A stretch of 64,000 nucleotides of DNA from an uncultured Acidobacteriota bacterium (lineage in GTDB: Bacteria > Acidobacteriota > Terriglobia > Terriglobales > Acidobacteriaceae), in assembly GCA_963763795.1 (NCBI GenBank), contig CAVXPP010000002.1, positions 390,763-454,762 of the forward strand, in the 5' to 3' direction. Each line of letters begins with the position of its first letter. Position 1 is the stretch's first letter. The position numbers were made by a program, and so were the translations under genes. The notes beneath the pieces are model-generated. The model was not told where the DNA came from and made no database searches. It saw nothing but the letters and a program-made list of their open reading frames with translations. This document shows, piece after piece, positions 48,113 to 57,420 of this stretch.

Positions 48113-49462
48113 ATGCGCGAAGCGGTTTATAATTCGGCCATCCCCAAGGCCATTCTGAAATCGGTGAAGCGCGGCGGCGGCGGCGGCGGCTGCAAATTTG
48201 TGGCCCAACTTTTGCGTTTCATCTTCCCGGTTGCGATTCTTTCGCTGACAGTTTTTGCGCACGCTGCCGACTGGAACGCAACCGAGCAACGGTTGGCGCG
48301 AAAGATTGTCGCGGTCACGGGACCGGGGGCCGTCGCCCTGACGGTGGAGAATCGTTCTTCGCTGGCAAGGCGCGAGAGCGAAGCGGTTCAAAACGGCTTG
48401 CGCTATGCCCTCGAACAGTTGGGCATTCAGTTCGTGGACGGGGAGCAGGCTGCGGCGAGCGTCGCGATCTCGCTTTCCGAGAATCCGACTTCCTATGTCT
48501 GGGTGGCGCAGATCCGGCAGGGCGAGGGCGATACTGCGGTCGCGATGGTTTCGGTTCCGCGCCCGGGTGGCACGCCCGCGGTTCACGATTCTATGCCGAT
48601 GGCTTTGCGGCGCACTTTGCTTTGGACGCAAGATGATCCCATTCTCGATGTTGCCGTTTTGGAAGAAGGCGCCACTCCTACGCGGATCGTCGTACTGGAT
48701 CCGGCAAAGGTCTCGCTCTACCGGTGGCAGAACGGCAAGTGGCAAACTGAGCAAGTGATGGAAATTCCGCATTCGCGGCCGTGGCCGCGCGATCTGCGGG
48801 GAAGGCTGATTGCGGTGAAGGACCACTTGCAGGATGTGTATCTTCCCGGCGTGAGTTGCCACAGCGCGGGCGGAAATTTGCTGAGCTTGAATTGCCGCGA
48901 CAGCGAGGATCCGTGGCCGCTCGTGGCAAACGACATCCATGAAAATTTTCCTGCGCCGGGTGGGAGCACTGCGGCGGCTGGGAGTCCTGCGCAGTCCGCG
49001 TTCTTCGCGCCCACGCGGAATTTCTTTACCGGCGTGCTGAGTCCCGGCCTGGGCAAAGGAGGTGTAACTGTACCCAGTTTCTATTCGGCGGCCGCGCTGC
49101 CGCGAGGCAAATACACTCTTTGGCTATTCGCCGCAACTGATGGACAAGTCCACATGATCGATGGCATGAGTGATCGAACGTCGAGCGTGGCGTGGGGCAG
49201 CGATCTGACGATGGTGAAAACATCGTGCGGCGCCGGCTGGCAGGTTTTGAGCACGACTCCCGGCGAGCATAGCGGCGATTCGGTGCGCGCATATGAAATC
49301 CCGGATCGCGAACCCGTTGCCGCGAGTGCAGCATCCGATTTCGCCGGTAAGATCACGGCGTTGTGGACCGAGTCCAGAGGCAACACGGCCGTCGCGGTGG
49401 TGAATGATCCGGAAACAAGGAGCTATGAAGCGTTTCGCTTGGCAGTGGCTTGCGATCAGTAG
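48113..49462 (+). CDS. Hypothetical secreted protein
   Basis: 449-aa ORF. Signal-peptide-like FIFPVAILSLTVFAHA. The true start may be the in-frame GTG at 48164 or later. No recognisable family. Confidence 0.5.
   Translation: MREAVYNSAIPKAILKSVKRGGGGGGCKFVAQLLRFIFPVAILSLTVFAHAADWNATEQRLARKIVAVTGPGAVALTVENRSSLARRESEAVQNGLRYALEQLGIQFVDGEQAAASVAISLSENPTSYVWVAQIRQGEGDTAVAMVSVPRPGGTPAVHDSMPMALRRTLLWTQDDPILDVAVLEEGATPTRIVVLDPAKVSLYRWQNGKWQTEQVMEIPHSRPWPRDLRGRLIAVKDHLQDVYLPGVSCHSAGGNLLSLNCRDSEDPWPLVANDIHENFPAPGGSTAAAGSPAQSAFFAPTRNFFTGVLSPGLGKGGVTVPSFYSAAALPRGKYTLWLFAATDGQVHMIDGMSDRTSSVAWGSDLTMVKTSCGAGWQVLSTTPGEHSGDSVRAYEIPDREPVAASAASDFAGKITALWTESRGNTAVAVVNDPETRSYEAFRLAVACDQ
48170..48190 (+). repeat. 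Trinucleotide microsatellite CGC(GGC)6
   Basis: cgcggcggcggcggcggcggc. If translated it encodes RGGGGGG in the n-region of the signal peptide. Confidence 0.9.
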
Positions 49463-50792
49463 TCTGCTGGCGGCGACGCTGGCGGCGCGCGCGGAGACCC
49501 GCCCGCAATATGGCGGTACGCTGCACGTCGGACTGAGCGCGGCGCTGACGTCGCTCGACCCTGCTGACACTGCGCAGGACGATTCGTTTGCACGCCGGAG
49601 TGTCACCTCGCTGATTTTCGACAACCTCGTCACGATCGATTCGAGCGGACGAGTGCAACCTTCCCTCGCGGAATCATGGCAAGCAGCGAGCGGGAATCGC
49701 CGTTGGCAATTCCGAATTCGACGCGGGGTGAAGTTTCACGACGGAACGCCCATGACCGCGCAGAGCGTGGCGGCTTGCTTGCGCTTCGCGAACCCATCGT
49801 GGAACGTGTTGGCGGAGGGAGAGTCGGTGATTTTTGAGTTCGAGGCTCCCGAGCCCGAACTGCCGGCTCAGCTTGCCACGGCACGAAATGCGATTGTGAA
49901 GCGAGATCCGAACGGCCGATTGAGCGGCACCGGACCGTTTCGCATTGCGGATTGGCAACCAGGAAAAGCATTGTCCCTGGCGGCAGACGACAATTGCTGG
50001 CGTGGGCGCCCGTTTCTTGACGGCATTCAAATCGCGCTCGGGAGGAACTATCGCGATCAAATGACGGCGCTGGAATTGGGAAAGGCAGATTTGGTGGAAG
50101 TCGCGCCGGAACAGGCACACCGGATTTCTCCGGAGCGATACCAGATTCTGCATTCTCCTCCGATGGAGTTGCTGGCGTTGCGGTTTGCGCACGATGCTGC
50201 ATCGCCGGAAGAGCGCACGCTTCGCCAGGCGTTGAACTTAAGCCTGGACCGCGGATCCATCTACAGCGTGTTGTTGCAAGGGGTGGGTACGCCCACGGCA
50301 AGTATTCTTCCTACCTGGATGAGTGGCTATGGATTCGTATTCTCCGTGGAAGCGAACTTGGCGAAAGCGCGGCAACTCCGCGAACAGACGCGCGCTTCTC
50401 AGAACTGGAAACTCGGTTACGACAACACTGATCCTCTGGCTCGTCTGCTGACGGAGCGAATCGCGCTCAATGCAAAAGATGCGGGGCTGACGCTGCAGCC
50501 GAGTGCAAGCAGCGGCGATCTGCGACTGGTGCGGATCGCGCTGGCCTCGTCCGATCCGCGGACGGCGCTGGATGCCGTTCTCAAGCGACTCGATTTGCCC
50601 GATGCAAAAATTGGAAGTTCAGCGGACGAACTCTATGCGGCGGAACAGGCTGTGCTCGCCGGGGAGCGCGTGATCCCGCTGATCGATCTGCCGGCCACCT
50701 ACGCTTCCACGCCGAAACTGAAAGATTGGACAGTGCGAACCGATGGGAGTTGGGACCTGGCGAACGCATGGCTGGAGAGCGCGAAGCCATGA
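49425..50792 (+). CDS. Family-5 (peptide/nickel/opine type) solute-binding protein, orphan
   Basis: Signal peptide MKRFAWQWLAISSLLAATLAARA. YGGTLHVG, LFDNLV and VKFHDGTPMTAQ are typical of SBP_bac_5. No ABC permease or ATPase is adjacent. Confidence 0.8.
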   Translation: MKRFAWQWLAISSLLAATLAARAETRPQYGGTLHVGLSAALTSLDPADTAQDDSFARRSVTSLIFDNLVTIDSSGRVQPSLAESWQAASGNRRWQFRIRRGVKFHDGTPMTAQSVAACLRFANPSWNVLAEGESVIFEFEAPEPELPAQLATARNAIVKRDPNGRLSGTGPFRIADWQPGKALSLAADDNCWRGRPFLDGIQIALGRNYRDQMTALELGKADLVEVAPEQAHRISPERYQILHSPPMELLALRFAHDAASPEERTLRQALNLSLDRGSIYSVLLQGVGTPTASILPTWMSGYGFVFSVEANLAKARQLREQTRASQNWKLGYDNTDPLARLLTERIALNAKDAGLTLQPSASSGDLRLVRIALASSDPRTALDAVLKRLDLPDAKIGSSADELYAAEQAVLAGERVIPLIDLPATYASTPKLKDWTVRTDGSWDLANAWLESAKP

Positions 50793-52666
50793 CCTTCCGG
50801 CGAAAGCTCCTGGTGGTTTTTACTCTGACCGTGTTCGTGTCTGTGGCAGGAGTCGCGTGGCTGGTTCAGGAAATGACGCGCAATGCCTTCGAAAAAACCG
50901 ACAGCCAACGAATGTCCGCGCTGCTCGCGCAATTTCAGGAGGAATTTAACCGGCGGGGAGAAGACGTTGTCCGGCGAGTGGAAAACATCGCCAATTCCGA
51001 TGCGATGGCGCGAATGGCAGCGGCGCTCCCATCACTTAATGGCACGCCCTCGGATTCGGCAGAATATTTCGATCTGGCTCGCTCCATGGCAGAGGGCTAC
51101 CAGTTGGACTTTGTCGAGATCCTCGACTGGCGCGGGACGATTATTTCCTCGGCGCAGTGGCCGGCAAAATTTGGCTACCCGGAAACCGCGTTTGACAGCA
51201 TTTCCGGAGCGAACGAGCAAAGCGCGTTTCTGAAGCTGGAGGAATTGCAAGACTCCACTGCATTGGGGCTGTTCGCTATACGGTCGGTGCGAGTGGGGGA
51301 GCATCCCGTTTATGTAATTGGAGGACGGCGGCTGGACAAGAATTTTCTCTCAGCACTCGACCTGCCTCCGGAAATGCGCGTGCTGTTGTATCAGAATCGA
51401 GGAGATCATTTCTCGCCCGGTCTGTTTCTGGATCCTTCCGCCAGCAACGGTGTTTCTGACCCGGCGCATCCGGTCGAAAAGCTTGCAGCATTGGTCAACT
51501 CGGTACGCCAGTACAACCAGGAGATGACGGAAATCGCGCACTGGTCGCGGGATCCGGCCGATGATGAAGTGTTTCATGCTATCCCGTTGCGCGGTGTAGG
51601 AAAAGATCATCCGCTGCTGGGAATCCTGTTGATTGGGAATTCGCGGCGTGCTTACGTGTCCCTGAAGCGCAGCATCCGAGATTCTGCCCTGCTGGTGGGC
51701 GGAGGCGGAATTCTGCTGGCGATCCTGCTCAGCAGTTGGGCTGCGGCTCGCGTCACCCGTCCGGTGGAACAACTGGCGCTGGCAGCGCAGGAAGTGGCTG
51801 CAGGGAACTGGAATGCCCGGGTGGAAGTGACCGGCGATGACGAAATCGGACAACTGGCGGACTCGTTCAATCGCATGACCACTGAACTGTTGAGCCAAAA
51901 AGAGCGCCTGATACAAAGCGAGCGGGTTGCGGCCTGGCGGGAACTGGCGCGGAGATTGGCGCACGAACTCAAGAATCCTTTGTTTCCTCTTCAACTCACC
52001 GTCGAGAACCTGCTGCGAGCCCGAGAGCAGAGTCCCGAGCAATTCGACGAAGTGTTTCGGGAAGGCTCGCGCACGCTGCTGGGCGAGATTTCAAACTTGA
52101 AAGCCATCATCGGCCGCTTCAGCGAATTCTCCAAGATGCCGCAGCCGCAGTGGCAGAAGGTGCAGATCAACGATGTCGTGAGAGGCGTTGCACAGCTATT
52201 TCAGGCACAATTGCAGGCGCCGGGGCGGGCTGCGATCGCTTGCCGGCTGGAGTTGGATGACCAACTCGAATCCATCGCCGCCGACCCCGAGTTGCTGCAC
52301 CGGGCTTTGTCGAATCTCGTGCTCAACGCGATGGATGCCATGCCCAACGGAGGAACGTTGACGCTTCGCACACGCGCGGCGGACGGCAAGGTAGCGATCG
52401 AAGTTGCCGACACGGGCTCCGGGCTGACGCGCGAAGAATGCGAACGCATTTTTACTCCCTACTACACCAGCAAGCAACATGGAACCGGGCTAGGCCTGGC
52501 GATCGTGCAGTCGGTGGTGAGCGATCACGGAGGAAGAATCAGCGTGCACAGCGAGCCTGGGACGGGCACAACGTTTGTGATCGAGTTGCCGCGAAACCTT
52601 GAATCGTTGCCGGCTGGCGCTGCGCAGCAAAATGTCGAACGGAATGCGGCGAGCATTCAGAGCTGA
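50789..52666 (+). CDS. Sensor histidine kinase (TM - periplasmic domain - TM - HAMP - HisKA - HATPase_c)
   Basis: ATGA start/stop overlap with the SBP gene. HAMP VTRPVEQLALAAQEVAAGNW, H-box AHELKNPL, N-box LVLNAMDA, G-boxes DTGSG and GTGLGLAIV. Confidence 0.9.
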   Translation: MTFRRKLLVVFTLTVFVSVAGVAWLVQEMTRNAFEKTDSQRMSALLAQFQEEFNRRGEDVVRRVENIANSDAMARMAAALPSLNGTPSDSAEYFDLARSMAEGYQLDFVEILDWRGTIISSAQWPAKFGYPETAFDSISGANEQSAFLKLEELQDSTALGLFAIRSVRVGEHPVYVIGGRRLDKNFLSALDLPPEMRVLLYQNRGDHFSPGLFLDPSASNGVSDPAHPVEKLAALVNSVRQYNQEMTEIAHWSRDPADDEVFHAIPLRGVGKDHPLLGILLIGNSRRAYVSLKRSIRDSALLVGGGGILLAILLSSWAAARVTRPVEQLALAAQEVAAGNWNARVEVTGDDEIGQLADSFNRMTTELLSQKERLIQSERVAAWRELARRLAHELKNPLFPLQLTVENLLRAREQSPEQFDEVFREGSRTLLGEISNLKAIIGRFSEFSKMPQPQWQKVQINDVVRGVAQLFQAQLQAPGRAAIACRLELDDQLESIAADPELLHRALSNLVLNAMDAMPNGGTLTLRTRAADGKVAIEVADTGSGLTREECERIFTPYYTSKQHGTGLGLAIVQSVVSDHGGRISVHSEPGTGTTFVIELPRNLESLPAGAAQQNVERNAASIQS

Positions 52667-52680
52667 AATGAGGAGGAGCG

Positions 52681-54066
52681 TTGCCGCTAAAAGCGAATCT
52701 TTTGATCGTCGATGATGAAGCCAACACTTTGGCTTCTTTGTCGCGCGCGTTTCGGCTGGCGGGCCACGAAGCCACGGTTTGCGACAACGCCGCCCGCGCT
52801 CTGGACTTGGCTAAGTCCCAGAAGTTCGACTTGATCCTTTCCGATGTAGTGATGCCGGGAAAGGACGGTCTCGCGTTGCTAGAAGAATTGAAGCAGCAGG
52901 GAGTCACAGCGCCCGTCGTCATGATGTCGGGACAGGCGCACATCGAGATGGCGGTGAGAGCGACGCGACTGGGTGCGCTCGATTTCCTGGAGAAGCCGAT
53001 CTCCACGGACAAGCTTCTGCTCACGGTGGAAAATGCGCTGAAGCTGCAACGCCTGGAAAGCGAAAACCGGCAGTTGCGACAGCGTCTAGGCAAGCACGAA
53101 ATTGTGTGGAAGGGCGACGCGATGCACCGCGTGATGGCGCAAGTGGAACGCGTAGCCGCGAGCGAGTCGCGAGTTTGCATTCTGGGCGAAACCGGAACCG
53201 GCAAAGAATTGGTGGCGCGCACCATTCACGAGCGCAGCCCGCGATCCGCCGGTCCGTTCGTGACCCTGAACTGCGCCGCCGTCCCCGCCGAGCTGATCGA
53301 GTCGGAATTGTTCGGGCACGAGAAAGGTTCGTTCACGGGCGCATTCGGACAACACATTGGCAAATTCGAGCAGGCCAACCAGGGAACGATTTTTCTCGAC
53401 GAAATTGGCGACATGCCCTTGCAGATGCAAGCCAAACTATTGCGTGTGCTCGAAGAAGGCGAAGTCGAGAGGATTGGCGGAAACAAGGCGATCCCGGTCA
53501 ATGTTCGGGTTGTGGTCGCGACCCATCATGATCTTGAAGCGCGGGTGCGCGAAGGAGCATTTCGCCAGGACCTGTTTCATCGGATATTTGTGTTCCCGCT
53601 GATCCTGCCTCCTTTGCGTGAGCGGCGCGAAGATGTCTCTGCCCTGGTCGAACATTTCGCGGAGCAGGTGTGCGCGCAGAATGGATGGAAGCCCGTGCCC
53701 TTTACCGCAGACGCGATGCAGGCGCTGCAGGAACATTCGTGGCCGGGGAATGTCCGTGAACTGCGAAACATGGTGGAACGCCTGATGCTGCTTGCCCCCG
53801 ATGGGCAGGTGGATCTGCCCACGGTAGAGACTGCGCTGCCGAAGGGTTCGCGGGGCACAAGGGGCATCGCAACGGGTTCAGGCGCTTTGTCGGATCGCGT
53901 ACAAGGCTTCGAGCGAGAAGTGATCCTGGCTGAATTGAAGCGCGCGCATCACAACATGAGCCTGGCCGCAAAGGCGCTTGGCCTGGAGCGCAGCCACCTG
54001 TATAAGAAGGCGGAGCAACTCGGAATCGATCTGCGCGCGTTGCGCCGAGAGCAGGACGCAGACTGA
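52681..54066 (+). CDS. Sigma-54-dependent response regulator (NtrC family)
   Basis: REC (LIVDDE, LILSDVVMPG). AAA+ Walker A GETGTGKE. GSFTGA (GAFTGA-type sigma54 contact). Walker B FLDEIG. C-terminal Fis-type HTH. TTG start. Confidence 0.9.
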   Translation: MPLKANLLIVDDEANTLASLSRAFRLAGHEATVCDNAARALDLAKSQKFDLILSDVVMPGKDGLALLEELKQQGVTAPVVMMSGQAHIEMAVRATRLGALDFLEKPISTDKLLLTVENALKLQRLESENRQLRQRLGKHEIVWKGDAMHRVMAQVERVAASESRVCILGETGTGKELVARTIHERSPRSAGPFVTLNCAAVPAELIESELFGHEKGSFTGAFGQHIGKFEQANQGTIFLDEIGDMPLQMQAKLLRVLEEGEVERIGGNKAIPVNVRVVVATHHDLEARVREGAFRQDLFHRIFVFPLILPPLRERREDVSALVEHFAEQVCAQNGWKPVPFTADAMQALQEHSWPGNVRELRNMVERLMLLAPDGQVDLPTVETALPKGSRGTRGIATGSGALSDRVQGFEREVILAELKRAHHNMSLAAKALGLERSHLYKKAEQLGIDLRALRREQDAD

Positions 54067-54070
54067 TCTT

Positions 54071-56146
54071 ATGACACCAGGAAGGCCTCTGGAGGCTGCT
54101 TTGGCCGGAAGAAATGCAATCCTCTATCTATTTTTGATATTCGTGCTGCCGGTCTTTGCGGTGGAACCGCCGTCGCCGCCCGCGTACGGCGTGCGCATGG
54201 AACAGGCATGGATTCCCATGAAAGATGGCGTGCGCCTCGCCGCAACTTTGTACATACCCGACGGCGCCAAGCCGAATGAGAAGTTCCCCGCCCTGCTCGA
54301 ATATCTTCCTTACCGCAAAGATGACGGGACGGCCGCGGAAGATTATCCCAAGCATGCCTACTTCGCGCGGCGCGGTTACGTAAGCGTGCGCGTCGATATT
54401 CGCGGATTCGGCGCGAGCGAAGGAGTCCCGCCGGAACGCGAATATTCAGAACAGGAACAAGCGGACGGAGAGCAGGTCATCTCGTGGCTGGCGCATCAAC
54501 CGTGGTCGAACGGCAACGTGGGCATGTTCGGCATCTCCTGGGGAGGATTCACCGCGCTGCAGATGGCGATGCGGCATGCTCCAGGGCTGAAAGCGATCGT
54601 TGCGGTCCACGCCACCGGAGAACTGTTTCACGACGACGTGCATTACGTGGACGGCATGGCGCACGTCGACGAGTTTGAATTGAACATGGATATGGCTGAG
54701 GGATGGGTGGGCGCTCCGGATTATTCACTGGATGAGAAAGTGCTTGGCCCGCGCTTCGATGCGCCGCCCTGGTCGCTTCTCTATCTGAAGCATCAGCATG
54801 ACGGCCCGTTCTGGCGCGACCGGGTACGGCCGCTGAGCGAGATTACGACTCCAAGCTTTTTGATCGGCGGACTGCAAGATGGCTATCGCGACAACGTAAC
54901 CGACATGCTGATGAAGTCGAAGGCTACGATCAAGGGGATCGTCGGGCCGTGGAATCATTCGTTCCCCAACGATGCGGATTTTGGTCCGCGGGTGGAGTGG
55001 CGCGATCAGGCCGTGCGCTGGTTCGATTACTGGCTGAAAGGGCGCGACACCGGGGTGACGCACGATCCCAGGCTCGTGATCTACATGCAGCATTGGCATC
55101 CACCGGATCCGGGCCTGCAGAGTGTGCCGGGAGAGTGGCGGCGGGAAGATGTGTGGCCGCCGGCCGATGCGAAAAATGAAACTCTGTTCCTCCAGGGCAA
55201 TCACACGCTGGCGGCGTCGGCAGCGGAGCAAGAGACGCACCAACTCAAATATGTTCCGACGATTGGAGTGGAAGCCGGTTTCTGGTGGGGAGAACTGCTG
55301 AGCGATCCTCGTCCCGTTGACGCGTTCAGTTTGGTTTACGATTCGGCGCCGCTGGAGACCGACACGGCGATTCTCGGGCGTCCCCACGCGCTTCTGCAGG
55401 CGGCAGCGACGGCGCCGCTGGCAGACTGGTTCGCGCGACTCTCCGACGTAGCGCCCGATGGGACCGTTACGCAGATCACTGGAGCCGGACTGAACGGAGC
55501 GCAGCGGGACTCGATGACCGAGCCGCACGATCTGGAACCGGGCAAGTTTTATCCCTTGAACATCGAGATGCATTTGACCTCGTGGGTGTTTCCCAAGGGA
55601 CATCGCATTCGCGTCGCGATCTCGAACGCGCTCTGGCCCATGATCCTGCCAACGCCCTACTCGATGACAACGTCATTGCAACTCGGCGGAGACAGCGGAT
55701 CGCGTCTGGTTCTTCCGGTAGTGCCCGTACATGGAGAGGCGGCGCCTGAGTTTTCTCCTCCTCAGCCCATGGAAGAGCGCAGCGACATCAAGAACGAAGG
55801 CTTTCCCTGGCCGGGCCAGTGGACCGTGGAACGCGACGAGGCGCGCCAGAAAACCACTGTGCACTGGAAGGGCAAAGATGGGTACAAATATCCCTGGGGC
55901 ACGCAGGATGATTTTGAAAGTCTCACCTACGACGGCGATGATGCGCATCCGGAGACCTGCTCGGTGCGCGGCGAAGCGGAGAGCATCTTCACGCTGAAAG
56001 GCCGCACGCTGGTGTGGCGCGGACATCTTTCTGTCACCACGGATCAGAAAAACTTTTATTACAAGTACACGCGGGAATTACTGAAAGACGGCCAGATGAT
56101 TAAGACGAAGACGTGGCAGGAAACGATTCCGCGGGACCATCAATGA
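54071..56146 (+). CDS. CocE/NonD-family (S15 X-Pro dipeptidyl-peptidase-like) alpha/beta hydrolase
   Basis: Signal/anchor. LEYLPYRKDD, nucleophile context GISWGG, and a C-terminal beta-sandwich domain. Starts 4 nt after the regulator stop. Confidence 0.85.
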   Translation: MTPGRPLEAALAGRNAILYLFLIFVLPVFAVEPPSPPAYGVRMEQAWIPMKDGVRLAATLYIPDGAKPNEKFPALLEYLPYRKDDGTAAEDYPKHAYFARRGYVSVRVDIRGFGASEGVPPEREYSEQEQADGEQVISWLAHQPWSNGNVGMFGISWGGFTALQMAMRHAPGLKAIVAVHATGELFHDDVHYVDGMAHVDEFELNMDMAEGWVGAPDYSLDEKVLGPRFDAPPWSLLYLKHQHDGPFWRDRVRPLSEITTPSFLIGGLQDGYRDNVTDMLMKSKATIKGIVGPWNHSFPNDADFGPRVEWRDQAVRWFDYWLKGRDTGVTHDPRLVIYMQHWHPPDPGLQSVPGEWRREDVWPPADAKNETLFLQGNHTLAASAAEQETHQLKYVPTIGVEAGFWWGELLSDPRPVDAFSLVYDSAPLETDTAILGRPHALLQAAATAPLADWFARLSDVAPDGTVTQITGAGLNGAQRDSMTEPHDLEPGKFYPLNIEMHLTSWVFPKGHRIRVAISNALWPMILPTPYSMTTSLQLGGDSGSRLVLPVVPVHGEAAPEFSPPQPMEERSDIKNEGFPWPGQWTVERDEARQKTTVHWKGKDGYKYPWGTQDDFESLTYDGDDAHPETCSVRGEAESIFTLKGRTLVWRGHLSVTTDQKNFYYKYTRELLKDGQMIKTKTWQETIPRDHQ

Positions 56147-56160
56147 CCTCGTATTGTCTG

Positions 56161-56223
56161 GAGCGGGCACTCTTGCCCCCTTGTCTGCAGCACTTCAAAA
56201 CCAGCGGGCAAGAGTGCCCGCTC
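56161..56223. repeat. Perfect 18-bp inverted repeat (27-nt loop) between convergent genes. The right arm carries a family C hairpin-CCACA unit.
   Basis: gagcgggcactcttgccc ... gggcaagagtgcccgctc followed by cacacg. No T-tract on either side. Confidence 0.6.
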
Positions 56224-56267
56224 CACACGAACTACTGCGGGAGTTGTACTGGTTCCGTAGCAGCGGA

Positions 56268-57398
56268 CTACGTTTCCACTAGCTCCGCGGACCGGGCCTT
56301 GAGATCAGCCGCCAACAGTTGGTGAAACAGCTGTTCGCCGGCTTCGCGCCTGACCGACAACCGGCCCGCGCCGTAGGCACGCGACTTGAGTCCGCGCTGC
56401 ACATCTTCGCAAATGCCGAGATCTTCCTCTTGCACGCCATTCCCGACATTCACCGATTCGGTGTTGTACGGGCGCGCCGCCTCGCTCACATCGCTGAAAT
56501 AGAAATCGAAGATCACATGGCAATGGTCCACGTCGACAGGAACGACATAGTTCGTGTCCATGTATCCTTCGTAGCAGTTGACCATCAGGTTGGGATATTG
56601 CCAGAAATACCAGGCGCGATCGCCTTTGCGAGTCGATCCCATCGCTGCATCTTCATCCGACGCAACCATGGGGCTCGATTGCAGGCAATAGCGATCTTCG
56701 TTCTCGATGGTGTACTGCTTGTAATCGAGCACGGAATTCAGGCCTTTATGCAGGTGCGGCACGTGATATCCGCCGTCGAGGTAGTTATCGATGAACACCT
56801 TCCAGTTGCAGTGAATGTCGTAGGTGCGACGATCGAAGTAATGAAGCTTGCTGATGCCGAGCGGCGCAACGCGCTGCATCAATCGACCAAGAAATTCTTT
56901 CAGCAAGATCGCGTCGGGGTCGAGGTTCACGAACACGAAGCATTCCCAGGTCTCCACACGGATGGGAAGCAGGCCATTGTCGGCGCGATCAAAATTCTCC
57001 ACGCCATCGAATTCGGGCATGCCTTTCAACGATCCGTCCAATCCGTATTTCCATCCGTGATAAGGGCATTGCAGGATGGCGGCTTGCCCGCAAGGCTGGG
57101 TCACGACCGCCGCAGCATGATGCCGGCACACGTTGTAGAAGGCGCGCAACGCTCCATCGGTGCCACGCACAATTACGATGGGTTCTCCGGCAAGCCGCGT
57201 CGAGACGAAATCTCCGACATTTTCTAATTGGCTGGTGCGCGCCACCAGTTGCCAAGTCTTGCTGAACACGTTGAGACGCTCGAGTTCGGCGATGCGCGGG
57301 TCCACATACCACGGCGCAGGAATCGTCGAAGCCTCCGACAGAGGCGCGCGGTCGTTGTAGCTGGCGAGAATTTGCTCGATCGATGATTGCATGCTCAT
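56268..57398 (-). CDS. Rieske [2Fe-2S] non-haem-iron oxygenase alpha subunit (choline-monooxygenase/GbcA-like class)
   Basis: Rieske CRHH...CPYHGW. Mononuclear iron motif NWKVFIDNYLDGGYHVPHLH. Start proposed at MSMQSSIEQ inside the 627-aa ORF. Confidence 0.85.
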   Translation of the reverse strand: MSMQSSIEQILASYNDRAPLSEASTIPAPWYVDPRIAELERLNVFSKTWQLVARTSQLENVGDFVSTRLAGEPIVIVRGTDGALRAFYNVCRHHAAAVVTQPCGQAAILQCPYHGWKYGLDGSLKGMPEFDGVENFDRADNGLLPIRVETWECFVFVNLDPDAILLKEFLGRLMQRVAPLGISKLHYFDRRTYDIHCNWKVFIDNYLDGGYHVPHLHKGLNSVLDYKQYTIENEDRYCLQSSPMVASDEDAAMGSTRKGDRAWYFWQYPNLMVNCYEGYMDTNYVVPVDVDHCHVIFDFYFSDVSEAARPYNTESVNVGNGVQEEDLGICEDVQRGLKSRAYGAGRLSVRREAGEQLFHQLLAADLKARSAELVET

Positions 57399-57420
57399 TT
57401 GAACCCCACAATTTTGAAGT

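Noticed and set aside
46788-48940. Two long minus-strand ORFs (46788..48005, 405 aa; 47693..48940, 415 aa)
   Set aside because: They are antisense to the SPFH gene and the hypothetical exported protein gene. The sequence is Arg/His/Leu-rich and low-complexity, with no recognisable domains.
48000-56200. Sigma54 (-24/-12) promoters that could be targets of the NtrC-type regulator
   Set aside because: Every TGGCAC/TGGCAA occurrence I checked lacks a correctly spaced TTGC. The sites checked were at about 13073, 43466, 46571, 46969, 48565, 60493 and 62868. None is reported.
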